Assembly: GCA_963664115.2 (NCBI GenBank)
Contig: CAXWPJ010000002.1
Location: 1,037,191-1,101,190 of the forward strand
Reading direction: 5' to 3'
Length of the DNA stretch: 64,000 nt
Source of the DNA: Terriglobia bacterium
Lineage (GTDB): Bacteria > Acidobacteriota > Terriglobia > 20CM-2-55-15
Positions 10,054 through 18,521 of the stretch are shown here, one piece after another. A program made the translations under genes and the position numbers. A model generated the notes under the pieces. The model saw nothing but the letters and a program-made list of their open reading frames with translations, made no database searches and was not told the DNA's origin. The stretch's first letter is position 1, and every line of letters begins with the position of its first letter.

Positions 10054-12341
10054 GGTGTGGTTATTCGGATCTCGGTGGCGGGAGCGGCCCGCGGAGGTGT
10101 TCCCGTGGAACGGATTACAACATCGCGGATACGCAGTGCGGACGTTCCGCCGGCAAGGATCTCCAGCGTCAGTTCCAGGATTTGACCCTGGCCTTCCACC
10201 GCGTCAGCCAGGTTCGGCCGTTCGATGGTGACCCGAGCACGACCCTGATCACTGTCGATATTCTGGACCAGGGCGATGCTGCCGCCGTCCTGGCTTAGAA
10301 ACCCGCCGTCGCTTATCTGCCGGAGTGCGACCATTGCCGGATCGAACTCGATCGTGAAGTCCGCACCGGTCATGTTCGGTGTGTCAATGAAGATCCCAAG
10401 TTGGGTGCGTGCGCCGGTTTCCAGCATAACGACCGGCACATCAAAGCTGAGGCGGTCGTCTCCGACTTCCAGGTCTGGGGCGGGTTCCGGTTCGGGTGCG
10501 AGTAGGAGACTGTCCGCTTCGATTGCTTCACCGTCCACACCTGGAATTCCGAGAAAGCGTGTATTGGTTTCCGTCCCGACAAGGAGTCCTCGAAGGTTCC
10601 TGTCACTGATATTGGGCATCTTCACGATATGCGGTGTCAGCAGGATGATGATCTCGGTCTGGTCCTGTTGAGCCGTCTCGGTAGAGAACAGGCGTCCCAG
10701 AATAGGTATCTTGCTCAGCCCCGGGATCCCGGAACGTGCCACAGTTTCGATGTTGGTGATCAAGCCACCCAGAATGTTGGTTTCTCCCTCGCTCAGGCGG
10801 ATTTCATGGGTGATTTCCCGGTTCGTGAATACGGGCAAAGATACCCCGCTGATTATATTGTTTCCCGCGGTTGCCTGTATCTGTACGACGACCTGCATCG
10901 AGATCTCCCGATTCAGCAGGACGCGTGGCGTGATGTCCATGTTCACGCCGACATCGATGTATTGAAACTGAACGACGGGCGTTCCCGTGGCGCCAACAAA
11001 AGCCGGCTGGAAGCTGCCTTGGGCGACAGGTACACGGGAACCGATGCGGATGGTCGCCAACTGACCATCTGTAGCCCGCACGCTCGGGTTTTGAACCAAG
11101 CGCGTTCGGGAATCACTTTCCAGGAACCTAGCTATACCGTCAGGAATGACTATGTTGAAACTACCCGAGTTCAGGTTGTTGAGATCCCTAAGGTTTACTT
11201 GATTTCTCGCGCTCGCGGCGGGTCCTTCGCCCCCGACGAGCCCGGTGTCGGCCAGTCCGATACTCGTTCCCTGCGGCGGGAGTATGCCGAGTTCCCGAAG
11301 CGTGTTTCTATCCACTTCGAGAACCGTTGCTTCGACGAGGATTTCCGGTTTGCTCTTGTCGATGTCATCGATGATTTTTTCTGCGATCGCCACCCGACCG
11401 GGCGTGTCCCGGATGATGATGGCGTTCATCGACGTGCTTTGGGCTATGAAGCGTACGTTCAGCAGCGTTCGAATCGCCGTGATGGCCTCGGTGATGTCGG
11501 TCGGGTTCACGCTGTTGGTCAGGTAGATTGTTTTGAGGATGTGGTGCTCATAGTCCCGCCGCTTCTGCTGGTTGTCTGGCGAGACGATGAACGTGTTCTG
11601 GTTAATCGGTGTCCAGAACGTCCGGGTCTGGAGTCCCAATATGTCGAGAGCGTCGTAAACAGAGATGTCGTTCAACTCCACCGATATCTGGGTGGACCGG
11701 AAGTCGGGGTCGAAAATGACGTTGAGGCCGGAAAGTTCGGCTATCGTCTCGTAAATTGCCTGAGCCTCCTGGGTGATCCTGAACGAAATAGTGGATATCT
11801 CCGGTGAGAGCTGAAGATCGAGGTTCGGATCCGTCCTGGCGAGTTCTTTACGGACTTCGAATTCCTCGGCAGCGCTGGGGACATTCGTCGCTTCCGATTG
11901 CATCAAAACTTCCGCCCTCTCCAGTTCGACACGGGCAAGGTCGTGAGTCGGATCGAGTTCTATGGCGCGCATGAACTCGGCTATCGCTGTCTCCAACTCT
12001 CCTGCTTCCAACGCTCTCCGACCGTTCTCAAAATGTTGAAACGCGGCGGCAAAGCGCGCCTGTTCCACCTTCAACCTATATTCGATCTCCCCAGGATCTT
12101 CACTGAGTGCCTCTTCATAGTGGGTGAGTGCTTCTTCGTAGTTTCGTAAGACCTCTGCTTCGATGCCCTGACGATAGGCCCCGCGGCCGGCGGCGCATCC
12201 CGCTGTGACCAGCAAGACTGCCAGGAAGGTGATGAGAGTTCCCGCCGGACCTGCGGATCGACGTGGACGTGTGAATTTCATGATGTTTATAGAAAGTCTG
12301 TTCATGGTGGTGTTCGCTAATTCAGTAATATAGAGACTCAA
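10050..12341 (-). CDS. Secretin (GspD/PilQ-like) with N-terminal TPRs and C-terminal cohesin-like domain; start uncertain (12281-12341)
   Basis: Lipobox TAGC, TPR-like helices, IDKSKPEILVEATVLEV, QYIDVGVNMDITP, LSEGETNILGGL, IPGLSKIPILGRLF, IIILLTPHIV, then a beta-rich domain (IEFDP...DGGFL). Confidence 0.9.
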   Translation of the reverse strand: MSLYITELANTTMNRLSINIMKFTRPRRSAGPAGTLITFLAVLLVTAGCAAGRGAYRQGIEAEVLRNYEEALTHYEEALSEDPGEIEYRLKVEQARFAAAFQHFENGRRALEAGELETAIAEFMRAIELDPTHDLARVELERAEVLMQSEATNVPSAAEEFEVRKELARTDPNLDLQLSPEISTISFRITQEAQAIYETIAELSGLNVIFDPDFRSTQISVELNDISVYDALDILGLQTRTFWTPINQNTFIVSPDNQQKRRDYEHHILKTIYLTNSVNPTDITEAITAIRTLLNVRFIAQSTSMNAIIIRDTPGRVAIAEKIIDDIDKSKPEILVEATVLEVDRNTLRELGILPPQGTSIGLADTGLVGGEGPAASARNQVNLRDLNNLNSGSFNIVIPDGIARFLESDSRTRLVQNPSVRATDGQLATIRIGSRVPVAQGSFQPAFVGATGTPVVQFQYIDVGVNMDITPRVLLNREISMQVVVQIQATAGNNIISGVSLPVFTNREITHEIRLSEGETNILGGLITNIETVARSGIPGLSKIPILGRLFSTETAQQDQTEIIILLTPHIVKMPNISDRNLRGLLVGTETNTRFLGIPGVDGEAIEADSLLLAPEPEPAPDLEVGDDRLSFDVPVVMLETGARTQLGIFIDTPNMTGADFTIEFDPAMVALRQISDGGFLSQDGGSIALVQNIDSDQGRARVTIERPNLADAVEGQGQILELTLEILAGGTSALRIRDVVIRSTGTPPRAAPATEIRITTP

Positions 12342-12406
12342 CCCAAGCCGCTCGAACGGGGGAATCTTCCTCCGGTGTCAACATTCGGTCGGTGGGTTTG
12401 GCACGA

Positions 12407-13756
12407 ATGATTGAGCAACGACAGAAGATAGTGGCCTTGAACCTCTTTTTGGCCGACCTCGGTCTGACGGGGGCCAGTTTCTTTCTCGCCTACGTACTCC
12501 GCGCCTCTTTCGAGATCGAAGGTTCTACCGTGATGCCGGTCGGGGTGTACATCTGGATGTTGGCGTTGATACTTCCCATTTGGGCTGTCTTGCTTCCCGC
12601 GTTCCGGGTGTATTCGTCGAGGTTTCTCCAGCTCAAAGACCAGCTCGTTCAGCTCTCCAAAGCGATTGGTTTGGCCTGGGTTGTTATGGTGGCCGTACTT
12701 TTCCTCCTGAACCATGAGGCCACGAGCCGACTGATCGCATTGTTTACTCTGGTTATCAATTATGGGGTTCTCGTTTCCTATCGTCTGGTCCTTTATGCCC
12801 TTCGCGGCTGGAATTGGACGTCCCTCCGCCACGTCGCCATTATCGGAGAAGGTCCGGCTGCGGCGTCGTTTGCGCAATCGATAGCGAACCATGCGTCCTG
12901 GGGTCTCAAACCGATCGGCGTTTTCCCTGAAGAGAGGGCCCGAGAAATCATCGAAAGCGGGGGTATAGACGACTTGATCTTCGTCGTTGACCGTCAACGC
13001 CTGGATCCCCTCGAAGAACTCTTCCTGTTGTGTGAGGAACTCGGGATTACGGCCCGGATTGTCTTGAACCTGTTTCCGCATTCGATCGCCCACATGGATT
13101 TCGATAAGCTCGACGGTTTCTCGCTGCTGACCTTCAGTCCGACGCCCTCGGATGAGTCGCTGCTTTTCGTTCGCCGCCTGATGGATGTGGCGCTGTCTAT
13201 CATTATTGGAATCCTCACTCTGCCGCTGATAGGAGCAACGGTGTTGGCGATCAAGCTGACCAGCACCGGCCCCGTATTGTTTAGCCAACGACGGTCGGGA
13301 CTTCATGGCCGTCCCTTCATCATGTATAAATTCCGGTCCATGATCGACGATGCCGAACAGCGGCGCGTTGAACTGGAATCCATCAATGAAATGGACGGTC
13401 CGGTCTTCAAGTCGTCCCTCGATCCCCGTATTACTCCGATCGGGAAGATTTTGCGGCGTTTCAGCATCGATGAAGTGCCCCAGCTGTATAACGTACTTAA
13501 AGGCGACATGAGCCTTGTCGGTCCCCGCCCCCCATTGCCTCAGGAAGTCGAGCGCTACAAGCGATGGCAGCGACGGCGTCTCAGCATGAAACCGGGCATG
13601 ACCTGTCTCTGGCAGATCACCGGCCGCAATCAGGTCGGCTTCGACGAGTGGATGAGACTCGACCTCAAATACATAGACAACTGGTCTTTGCTTTTGGATT
13701 TAAAGATTCTGATCAAAACTATTCCAGTCGTTCTGTTGGGAAAAGGGGCGCTATAA
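12407..13756 (+). CDS. Polyprenyl glycosylphosphotransferase (WcaJ/CpsE-like sugar transferase)
   Basis: Four N-terminal TMs, then MYKFRSM, DPRITPIGKILRRFSIDEVPQLYNVLKGDMSLVGPRP, KPGMTCLWQ, DLKYIDNWS. Confidence 0.95.
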   Translation: MIEQRQKIVALNLFLADLGLTGASFFLAYVLRASFEIEGSTVMPVGVYIWMLALILPIWAVLLPAFRVYSSRFLQLKDQLVQLSKAIGLAWVVMVAVLFLLNHEATSRLIALFTLVINYGVLVSYRLVLYALRGWNWTSLRHVAIIGEGPAAASFAQSIANHASWGLKPIGVFPEERAREIIESGGIDDLIFVVDRQRLDPLEELFLLCEELGITARIVLNLFPHSIAHMDFDKLDGFSLLTFSPTPSDESLLFVRRLMDVALSIIIGILTLPLIGATVLAIKLTSTGPVLFSQRRSGLHGRPFIMYKFRSMIDDAEQRRVELESINEMDGPVFKSSLDPRITPIGKILRRFSIDEVPQLYNVLKGDMSLVGPRPPLPQEVERYKRWQRRRLSMKPGMTCLWQITGRNQVGFDEWMRLDLKYIDNWSLLLDLKILIKTIPVVLLGKGAL

Positions 13757-13805
13757 TGGGGTTGTTCCGACTTTTAAGCGTGGTCCGTGATGGGCGGGAG
13801 GATCG

Positions 13806-14603
13806 ATGAGATCGCTGGCGTGTTTGGCAATGTTGATGGCAATGCTCGTTGCCTTGCCTTCGGATGCGAGTGCGGTTCAGGTGGATGGCCTGAGTATCCT
13901 GGTGGTTGATGGAGAGATTTCGATTGATGCTGAGGCGGTGGGCTTGGGTCGTCTCTTGAGTTTGTTCGATCGCGCTGCCGGTACCGAATCCACCGTACCC
14001 ACTGAATTAGTGAATCGAAATGTCAGCGTTCAGTTTCAATCACTGGACCTGGCGCAGGCCGTGACAAAAATATTTGAAGGCCTTCCTCTGGATTATGTCG
14101 TCTTGGAACAGCGACGGATCGTGGTCACAGCCGTGGCCGGGACATTAGCGGCAAGTGCCGGTGGCGTGCCCGCTCCCGTAAACGATCCAGTCCAGGCACC
14201 TGGACAACCCTTCGTTCCAGTGCAACCGCCGGTTGCGGCAGCCAATCCGTTTCAGTCGTCCCGCGTGGAACCCGCCCCAAACGCGAACCGAGGTCAGGGT
14301 GCCCCCGCGCAGCCCGCCATTATTCAGACGCCCTTTGGACCTCTGGTGAATCCGAGAGCCAACGCGCAACCCACGATGCCGCTCGCCGGTCCCGGCCAGG
14401 GATTTCCTGCGGGCGCCGGAGCGGGTTCAGTTGCGCCGCCAGTCACCACCGATGGCCGGTCCGTGTTCCCGACAACAAACGGACTCCCGGCGAACGGAGC
14501 TCAGCCTGGTTCAACGCAGTCTGACCTTTTCGGTAACACATCCCCTGCGATTCTCGATTTTAAGAATCCTCAGCCCGCGTTCCCCAACCGATCCCGGCCG
14601 TGA
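13806..14603 (+). CDS. Hypothetical exported protein, secretin-N0/STN-like domain plus Pro/Gln/Ala-rich tail
   Basis: Signal peptide (ASA), about 85-aa alpha/beta domain ISIDAEAV...VSVQFQSLDLAQAVTKIF, low-complexity C-terminus; GTGA overlap with smpB. Confidence 0.7.
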   Translation: MRSLACLAMLMAMLVALPSDASAVQVDGLSILVVDGEISIDAEAVGLGRLLSLFDRAAGTESTVPTELVNRNVSVQFQSLDLAQAVTKIFEGLPLDYVVLEQRRIVVTAVAGTLAASAGGVPAPVNDPVQAPGQPFVPVQPPVAAANPFQSSRVEPAPNANRGQGAPAQPAIIQTPFGPLVNPRANAQPTMPLAGPGQGFPAGAGAGSVAPPVTTDGRSVFPTTNGLPANGAQPGSTQSDLFGNTSPAILDFKNPQPAFPNRSRP

Positions 14604-15049
14604 GCGGTCCGGTTCTTGCGGTCAACCGGAAAGCGTCTCACAATTACGAGTTTCTCAATAAATTCGAAGCGGGACTGGTCTTGACAGGTACCGAGGTGAA
14701 GTCCGCCCGCGAAGGACGCGTCAATTTAAGGGATGCCTACGCTGTGGTCCGGGCAGGGGAAGTGTGGCTCATGAACTGTCACATCAGCCACTTCTCCCAT
14801 GGCAACATTTCCAATCACGACCCGATGCGGGCGCGGAAACTGCTTATGAACCGTGCGGAGATCCGAAAGCTGATCGGAAAAACAACCGAACGTGGATTGA
14901 CTCTTGTTCCATTGAAGATGTATCTGAAGAATGGCCGCATCAAGTGCGAGATTGCCCTGGCGAAGGGCAAGAAAACTTACGACAAACGGGAAACAGAACG
15001 CCGCAAGACGATTGATAAGGAAGCGCGGCAGGCGGTGCGCGACCGATAG
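14600..15049 (+). CDS. smpB: SsrA-binding protein SmpB
   Basis: NRKASHNY, EAGLVLTGTEVKS, RKLL, GLTLVPL, KGKKTYDKRE. Confidence 0.98.
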   Translation: MSGPVLAVNRKASHNYEFLNKFEAGLVLTGTEVKSAREGRVNLRDAYAVVRAGEVWLMNCHISHFSHGNISNHDPMRARKLLMNRAEIRKLIGKTTERGLTLVPLKMYLKNGRIKCEIALAKGKKTYDKRETERRKTIDKEARQAVRDR

Positions 15050-15213
15050 GCTGCGTGGGGGTACTGGCCCGGCAGTTGCGTTCCCTGAATTTCGGGTCAA
15101 GGAAAGCGTTGGTGCACTCGTGATCGTGAGGGTCCGAGCAGGGACGGTGGGCCCCAGGCTAATGAACGGTCAGGGAAGCGCGGCAGGCGGTGCGCGACCG
15201 ATAGGCTGCGTGG
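15019..15213 (+). repeat. Perfect 40-bp direct repeat duplicating the smpB 3' end (15019-15058 and 15174-15213)
   Basis: ggaagcgcggcaggcggtgcgcgaccgataggctgcgtgg occurs twice, 115 bp apart. Confidence 0.95.
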
Positions 15214-15240
15214 AGAAACAGGCCTCACTTCTAAACGACT

Positions 15241-15861
15241 ATGACCCACGATCTTCCAATCGTCCCTGACGCCGACTTTCGCCGCTCCCAACGTTTCCCG
15301 GATCTTGACCGTATCGAGAATCTCGATCTCGAACCGTCGCTTGCACGCTTTGATGAGGCCATCAGCGGACGCGGCGAAATAGGAGATGTCGCTCAAGCAC
15401 GATCCGTGATGACGGACCCTGGAAAGTCCGGACTGCTTCATATTCACCGTGTCCTTTTTCATCCGCGACCGGGTGCGGGTCAGTTGCGTCAATCGTCCGT
15501 ACCTGCAATGTTCAGTGGGCAGGATTGTCCGGAACCGGAATTTATCGATCGGGCTCTAGACAACTTTGAACGTTGGCTTTCAGCCGATAGCTTTCTGGAG
15601 ATTCACGCGATTGAGCAGGCCGGTCTCGTTTTGACCCGGCTCGTGGATATCTGGCCATTCGATTTTGGTAACCGAACCGCGGCCGTCGTGTTCTCTAGTT
15701 TCTTCCTTATTCGTGCCGGATATCCCCCGTTCGCGGTCCTTCCGGCGCAGGAAGAGGCCTTCGCGGAAGCTCTGTCCGCGGCGATCCGGATGCAAACCGA
15801 ACCGCTGGTCGGCGCTATTTACAAAGCTATCATCAGAGAATTGGATCTCGCCGATGGATGA
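15241..15861 (+). CDS. Fic-domain protein with degenerate catalytic motif
   Basis: LLHIHRVLF, GQLRQ, HAIEQAG, then IWPFDFGNRTAA in place of HPFxxGNGRxxR, followed by LIRAGYPPF. Confidence 0.75.
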   Translation: MTHDLPIVPDADFRRSQRFPDLDRIENLDLEPSLARFDEAISGRGEIGDVAQARSVMTDPGKSGLLHIHRVLFHPRPGAGQLRQSSVPAMFSGQDCPEPEFIDRALDNFERWLSADSFLEIHAIEQAGLVLTRLVDIWPFDFGNRTAAVVFSSFFLIRAGYPPFAVLPAQEEAFAEALSAAIRMQTEPLVGAIYKAIIRELDLADG

Positions 15862-16870
15862 ACGTTACTCACGTCAGATTCGATTCGAGCCCATCGGTGA
15901 ATCCGGGCAGACGCGCCTATTGGAGGCGCGGGTAGGCATCGTCGGTTTGGGCGCCCTTGGAACCGTCGTGGCGGATCAACTCGTACGAGCAGGCGTGGGC
16001 TATGTCCGCCTAATCGACAGGGATTTCGTTGAGCTTTCCAATCTCCAGAGACAGACCCTATACGACGAATCGGATGCCCACAGGAGCTTGCCAAAAGCTG
16101 TTGCGTCCGAGGAAAAACTCCGGAGGGTTAATTCCACCGTTCGCCTGGATGCCATCGTGGAGGATCTCAATCCTTCCAACGCCGAAGAGTTGATAACGGA
16201 TCTCGATCTTGTGATGGACGGGCTGGACAACTTTGAAACCCGGTTCGTGCTGAACGACGCCTGCCGCCAGGCGCGTACACCCTGGATTTACGCAGCGGCC
16301 GTCGGAAGCTACGGCCTGGTGATGCCGGTATTGCCCGATGGGCCGTGCTTGCGATGCCTGATGGATACGCTACCGGCCGCAGGGTCTGGTCCGACATGTG
16401 ACACGGCCGGCGTCATCGCACCAGTAACGGGCGCGATTGCCTCCATCGCGGTCGCACATGCGCTTCGATTTCTGACCGGACAAGCCGAGAGTGGCAACAC
16501 GAGATTGGTTTCCATCGACATATGGAGTCTCAAGTTTCAAACGCTGCCGCTGTCCAAGGTCCTGCAAAGCGAGTGTCCTCTATGTTCTGGAGGGCAGTTG
16601 GATTACCTTAATTCCCGAGCGATGAGAACGATCAGTCTTTGCGGCAGGAACGCAGTCCAGGTCATACCGAGCGAGCGGGCCGAACTGGATCTTTCGGCGA
16701 TGGGCAAGAACCTCGAACTCTATGGCCCGGTCCGGTCGAACGACTTCCTGCTCAAATGTGAGAACCCGCCTTACGAACTGACGCTGTTCCGCGATGGCCG
16801 CGCGATTATCAAGGGTACTGAAGAAGCCTCCGTAGCACGATCTGTGTATTCGAAGATGGTTGGTCTGTGA
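15854..16870 (+). CDS. ThiF/MoeB family adenylyltransferase
   Basis: RYSRQI, GLGALG, DRDFVELSNLQRQ, DNFETR, PCLRC, TCDTAGV, CPLC, LCGRNAVQ C-terminal extension. Confidence 0.93.
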   Translation: MDERYSRQIRFEPIGESGQTRLLEARVGIVGLGALGTVVADQLVRAGVGYVRLIDRDFVELSNLQRQTLYDESDAHRSLPKAVASEEKLRRVNSTVRLDAIVEDLNPSNAEELITDLDLVMDGLDNFETRFVLNDACRQARTPWIYAAAVGSYGLVMPVLPDGPCLRCLMDTLPAAGSGPTCDTAGVIAPVTGAIASIAVAHALRFLTGQAESGNTRLVSIDIWSLKFQTLPLSKVLQSECPLCSGGQLDYLNSRAMRTISLCGRNAVQVIPSERAELDLSAMGKNLELYGPVRSNDFLLKCENPPYELTLFRDGRAIIKGTEEASVARSVYSKMVGL

Positions 16871-16938
16871 CCCTCATATGTTTCGATCGGTGCGCAGCCC
16901 GTTCGACTGAACGTCGACCGGTGTGATACACCGTCGCT

Positions 16939-18438
16939 ATGGCGGACGGGAATGGAGAATCAGGCATCGGTAGCGTTGAGACAACCTTGACCGTGGATCG
17001 TCTCCGTCGAAAGATCGGTCTCGTTCTGACGCCGGCCCTCTTCGGACTGATGCTGGTTCTGCCTCTGCCCGGTCTATCAGTTGAGGCCCACCGTTTGGCC
17101 GCCGTAATGGTCGCAGTAATCACGCTGTGGGTGACCGAGGCCATCCCTCTGCCCGTTACGGCTTTGCTCGGCCCGACTCTCGCAATCGTTCTCGGGGTTG
17201 CTCCGGCCCGCCAGGCTTACGCACCGTTCGCCGATCCCCTGATACTTCTGTTCATCGGAAGCTTTATCCTGGCACAGGCGATCTTCGTCCATAGGCTCAA
17301 CGAAAGAATCGCCTACGGTGTGATGTCCTGGAAGGTGATTGGAGCCCGTCCCACCCGCATCCTGATCGCGTACGGCTGTATCGCAGCGTTTATTTCAGCA
17401 TGGATGAGCAATACCGCCACCGCCGCTATGCTTCTGCCTATCGGATTGTCCTTGCTGGCGTTTATGGAGTCGGAGTCCAACATAAGTCCACGATATGGGA
17501 CGGCGCTGATGTTGGCTACGGCCTACGGGTGCTCATTGGGCGGTATGGCAACAATTGTTGGGACGCCGCCGAACGTGATCGCGGCGGGAATGCTCCGCGA
17601 ATTCACCGGAACGGAAATTTCTTTCGTCCAATGGATGTTCTTTGCCGTTCCGGCTTCCGTCTTCATGGTTGGCTTCCTGGTCATTTACATGAATTGGCTG
17701 GGTCGTAGTGGAGTTCGAGAAATTCCGGGAGCCGATGAGATCATTCGAGAACGCATGGCGGCACTCGGGCCCTGGAAAAATGGTGAAAAAAACGTCCTGA
17801 TCGCATTTCTGGTAACGGTGACACTCTGGGTTGTTCCCGGAATTCTGGGGATCGTACTTGGAACGGATCACCCGGTTGCGGCGGCATTGTCTTCAGCAGT
17901 GCCAATTTCGGTCGCCGCGATTGTCGGCGCCACATTGCTATTCCTGATGCCGGTGAATGAGACCCAACGGTCCACGATTACTTGGAAGCAGGCAGCGAAC
18001 ATCGATTGGGGAACCATTCTGCTGTTCGGTGGCGGCCTCGCTTTGGGACAGATGGCGTCATCGACGGGCCTGGCGGAAGCGTTCGGACTGGGAATTACGG
18101 GGGTGGTGCCCGTCGGATCGGTGATCACGCTAACTTTCGCGTCCGCTATTTTCACGACCATCCTTTCGGAAACAATGTCCAACACCGCGGCCGCGACTAT
18201 TGCCATTCCAGTGATTATTTCGATTGCACAGGCTGCAGGAGTGGACCCTATTCCTCCAACTCTCGCCGCCAGTCTTACCGCTTCAGTCGCTGTAATACTT
18301 CCGGTTTCCACACCCGCCAACGCCATAGTCTATTCTTCGGGTAAGGTTCCGATCACGAAGATGATTCGATACGGCATCGTCGTGGACATCGTGGCCATTA
18401 TTGCGATTCCGACCATAGTCCTCTTGTTCTTCCGATAA
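16939..18438 (+). CDS. DASS/SLC13 family sodium-coupled anion symporter
   Basis: WVTEAIPLPVTAL, SAWMSNTATAAM, GTPPN, ETMSNTA, PVSTPAN. Confidence 0.93.
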   Translation: MADGNGESGIGSVETTLTVDRLRRKIGLVLTPALFGLMLVLPLPGLSVEAHRLAAVMVAVITLWVTEAIPLPVTALLGPTLAIVLGVAPARQAYAPFADPLILLFIGSFILAQAIFVHRLNERIAYGVMSWKVIGARPTRILIAYGCIAAFISAWMSNTATAAMLLPIGLSLLAFMESESNISPRYGTALMLATAYGCSLGGMATIVGTPPNVIAAGMLREFTGTEISFVQWMFFAVPASVFMVGFLVIYMNWLGRSGVREIPGADEIIRERMAALGPWKNGEKNVLIAFLVTVTLWVVPGILGIVLGTDHPVAAALSSAVPISVAAIVGATLLFLMPVNETQRSTITWKQAANIDWGTILLFGGGLALGQMASSTGLAEAFGLGITGVVPVGSVITLTFASAIFTTILSETMSNTAAATIAIPVIISIAQAAGVDPIPPTLAASLTASVAVILPVSTPANAIVYSSGKVPITKMIRYGIVVDIVAIIAIPTIVLLFFR

Positions 18439-18450
18439 ACAGAAGCTCGG

Positions 18451-18479
18451 TTGACAGAAATTTCGGTGAAGTGTAAAAG
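18451..18479 (+). promoter_or_regulatory. Putative sigma70 promoter of cstA
   Basis: TTGACA-17 nt-TAAAAG; RBS AAAGGAGG before ATG 18522. Confidence 0.45.
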
Positions 18480-18521
18480 AAGGGGCGTCTTTGCGGGGAT
18501 GTTTAAAGGAGGAATGGAGCT

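Noticed and set aside
15019-15213. The two 40-bp repeats as a mini-CRISPR
   Set aside because: The repeat is smpB coding sequence, the spacer is 115 bp, and there are no cas genes or leader.
15050-15240. tmRNA (ssrA) expected next to smpB
   Set aside because: No tRNA-like ends or tag reading frame recognisable; the gap is too short.
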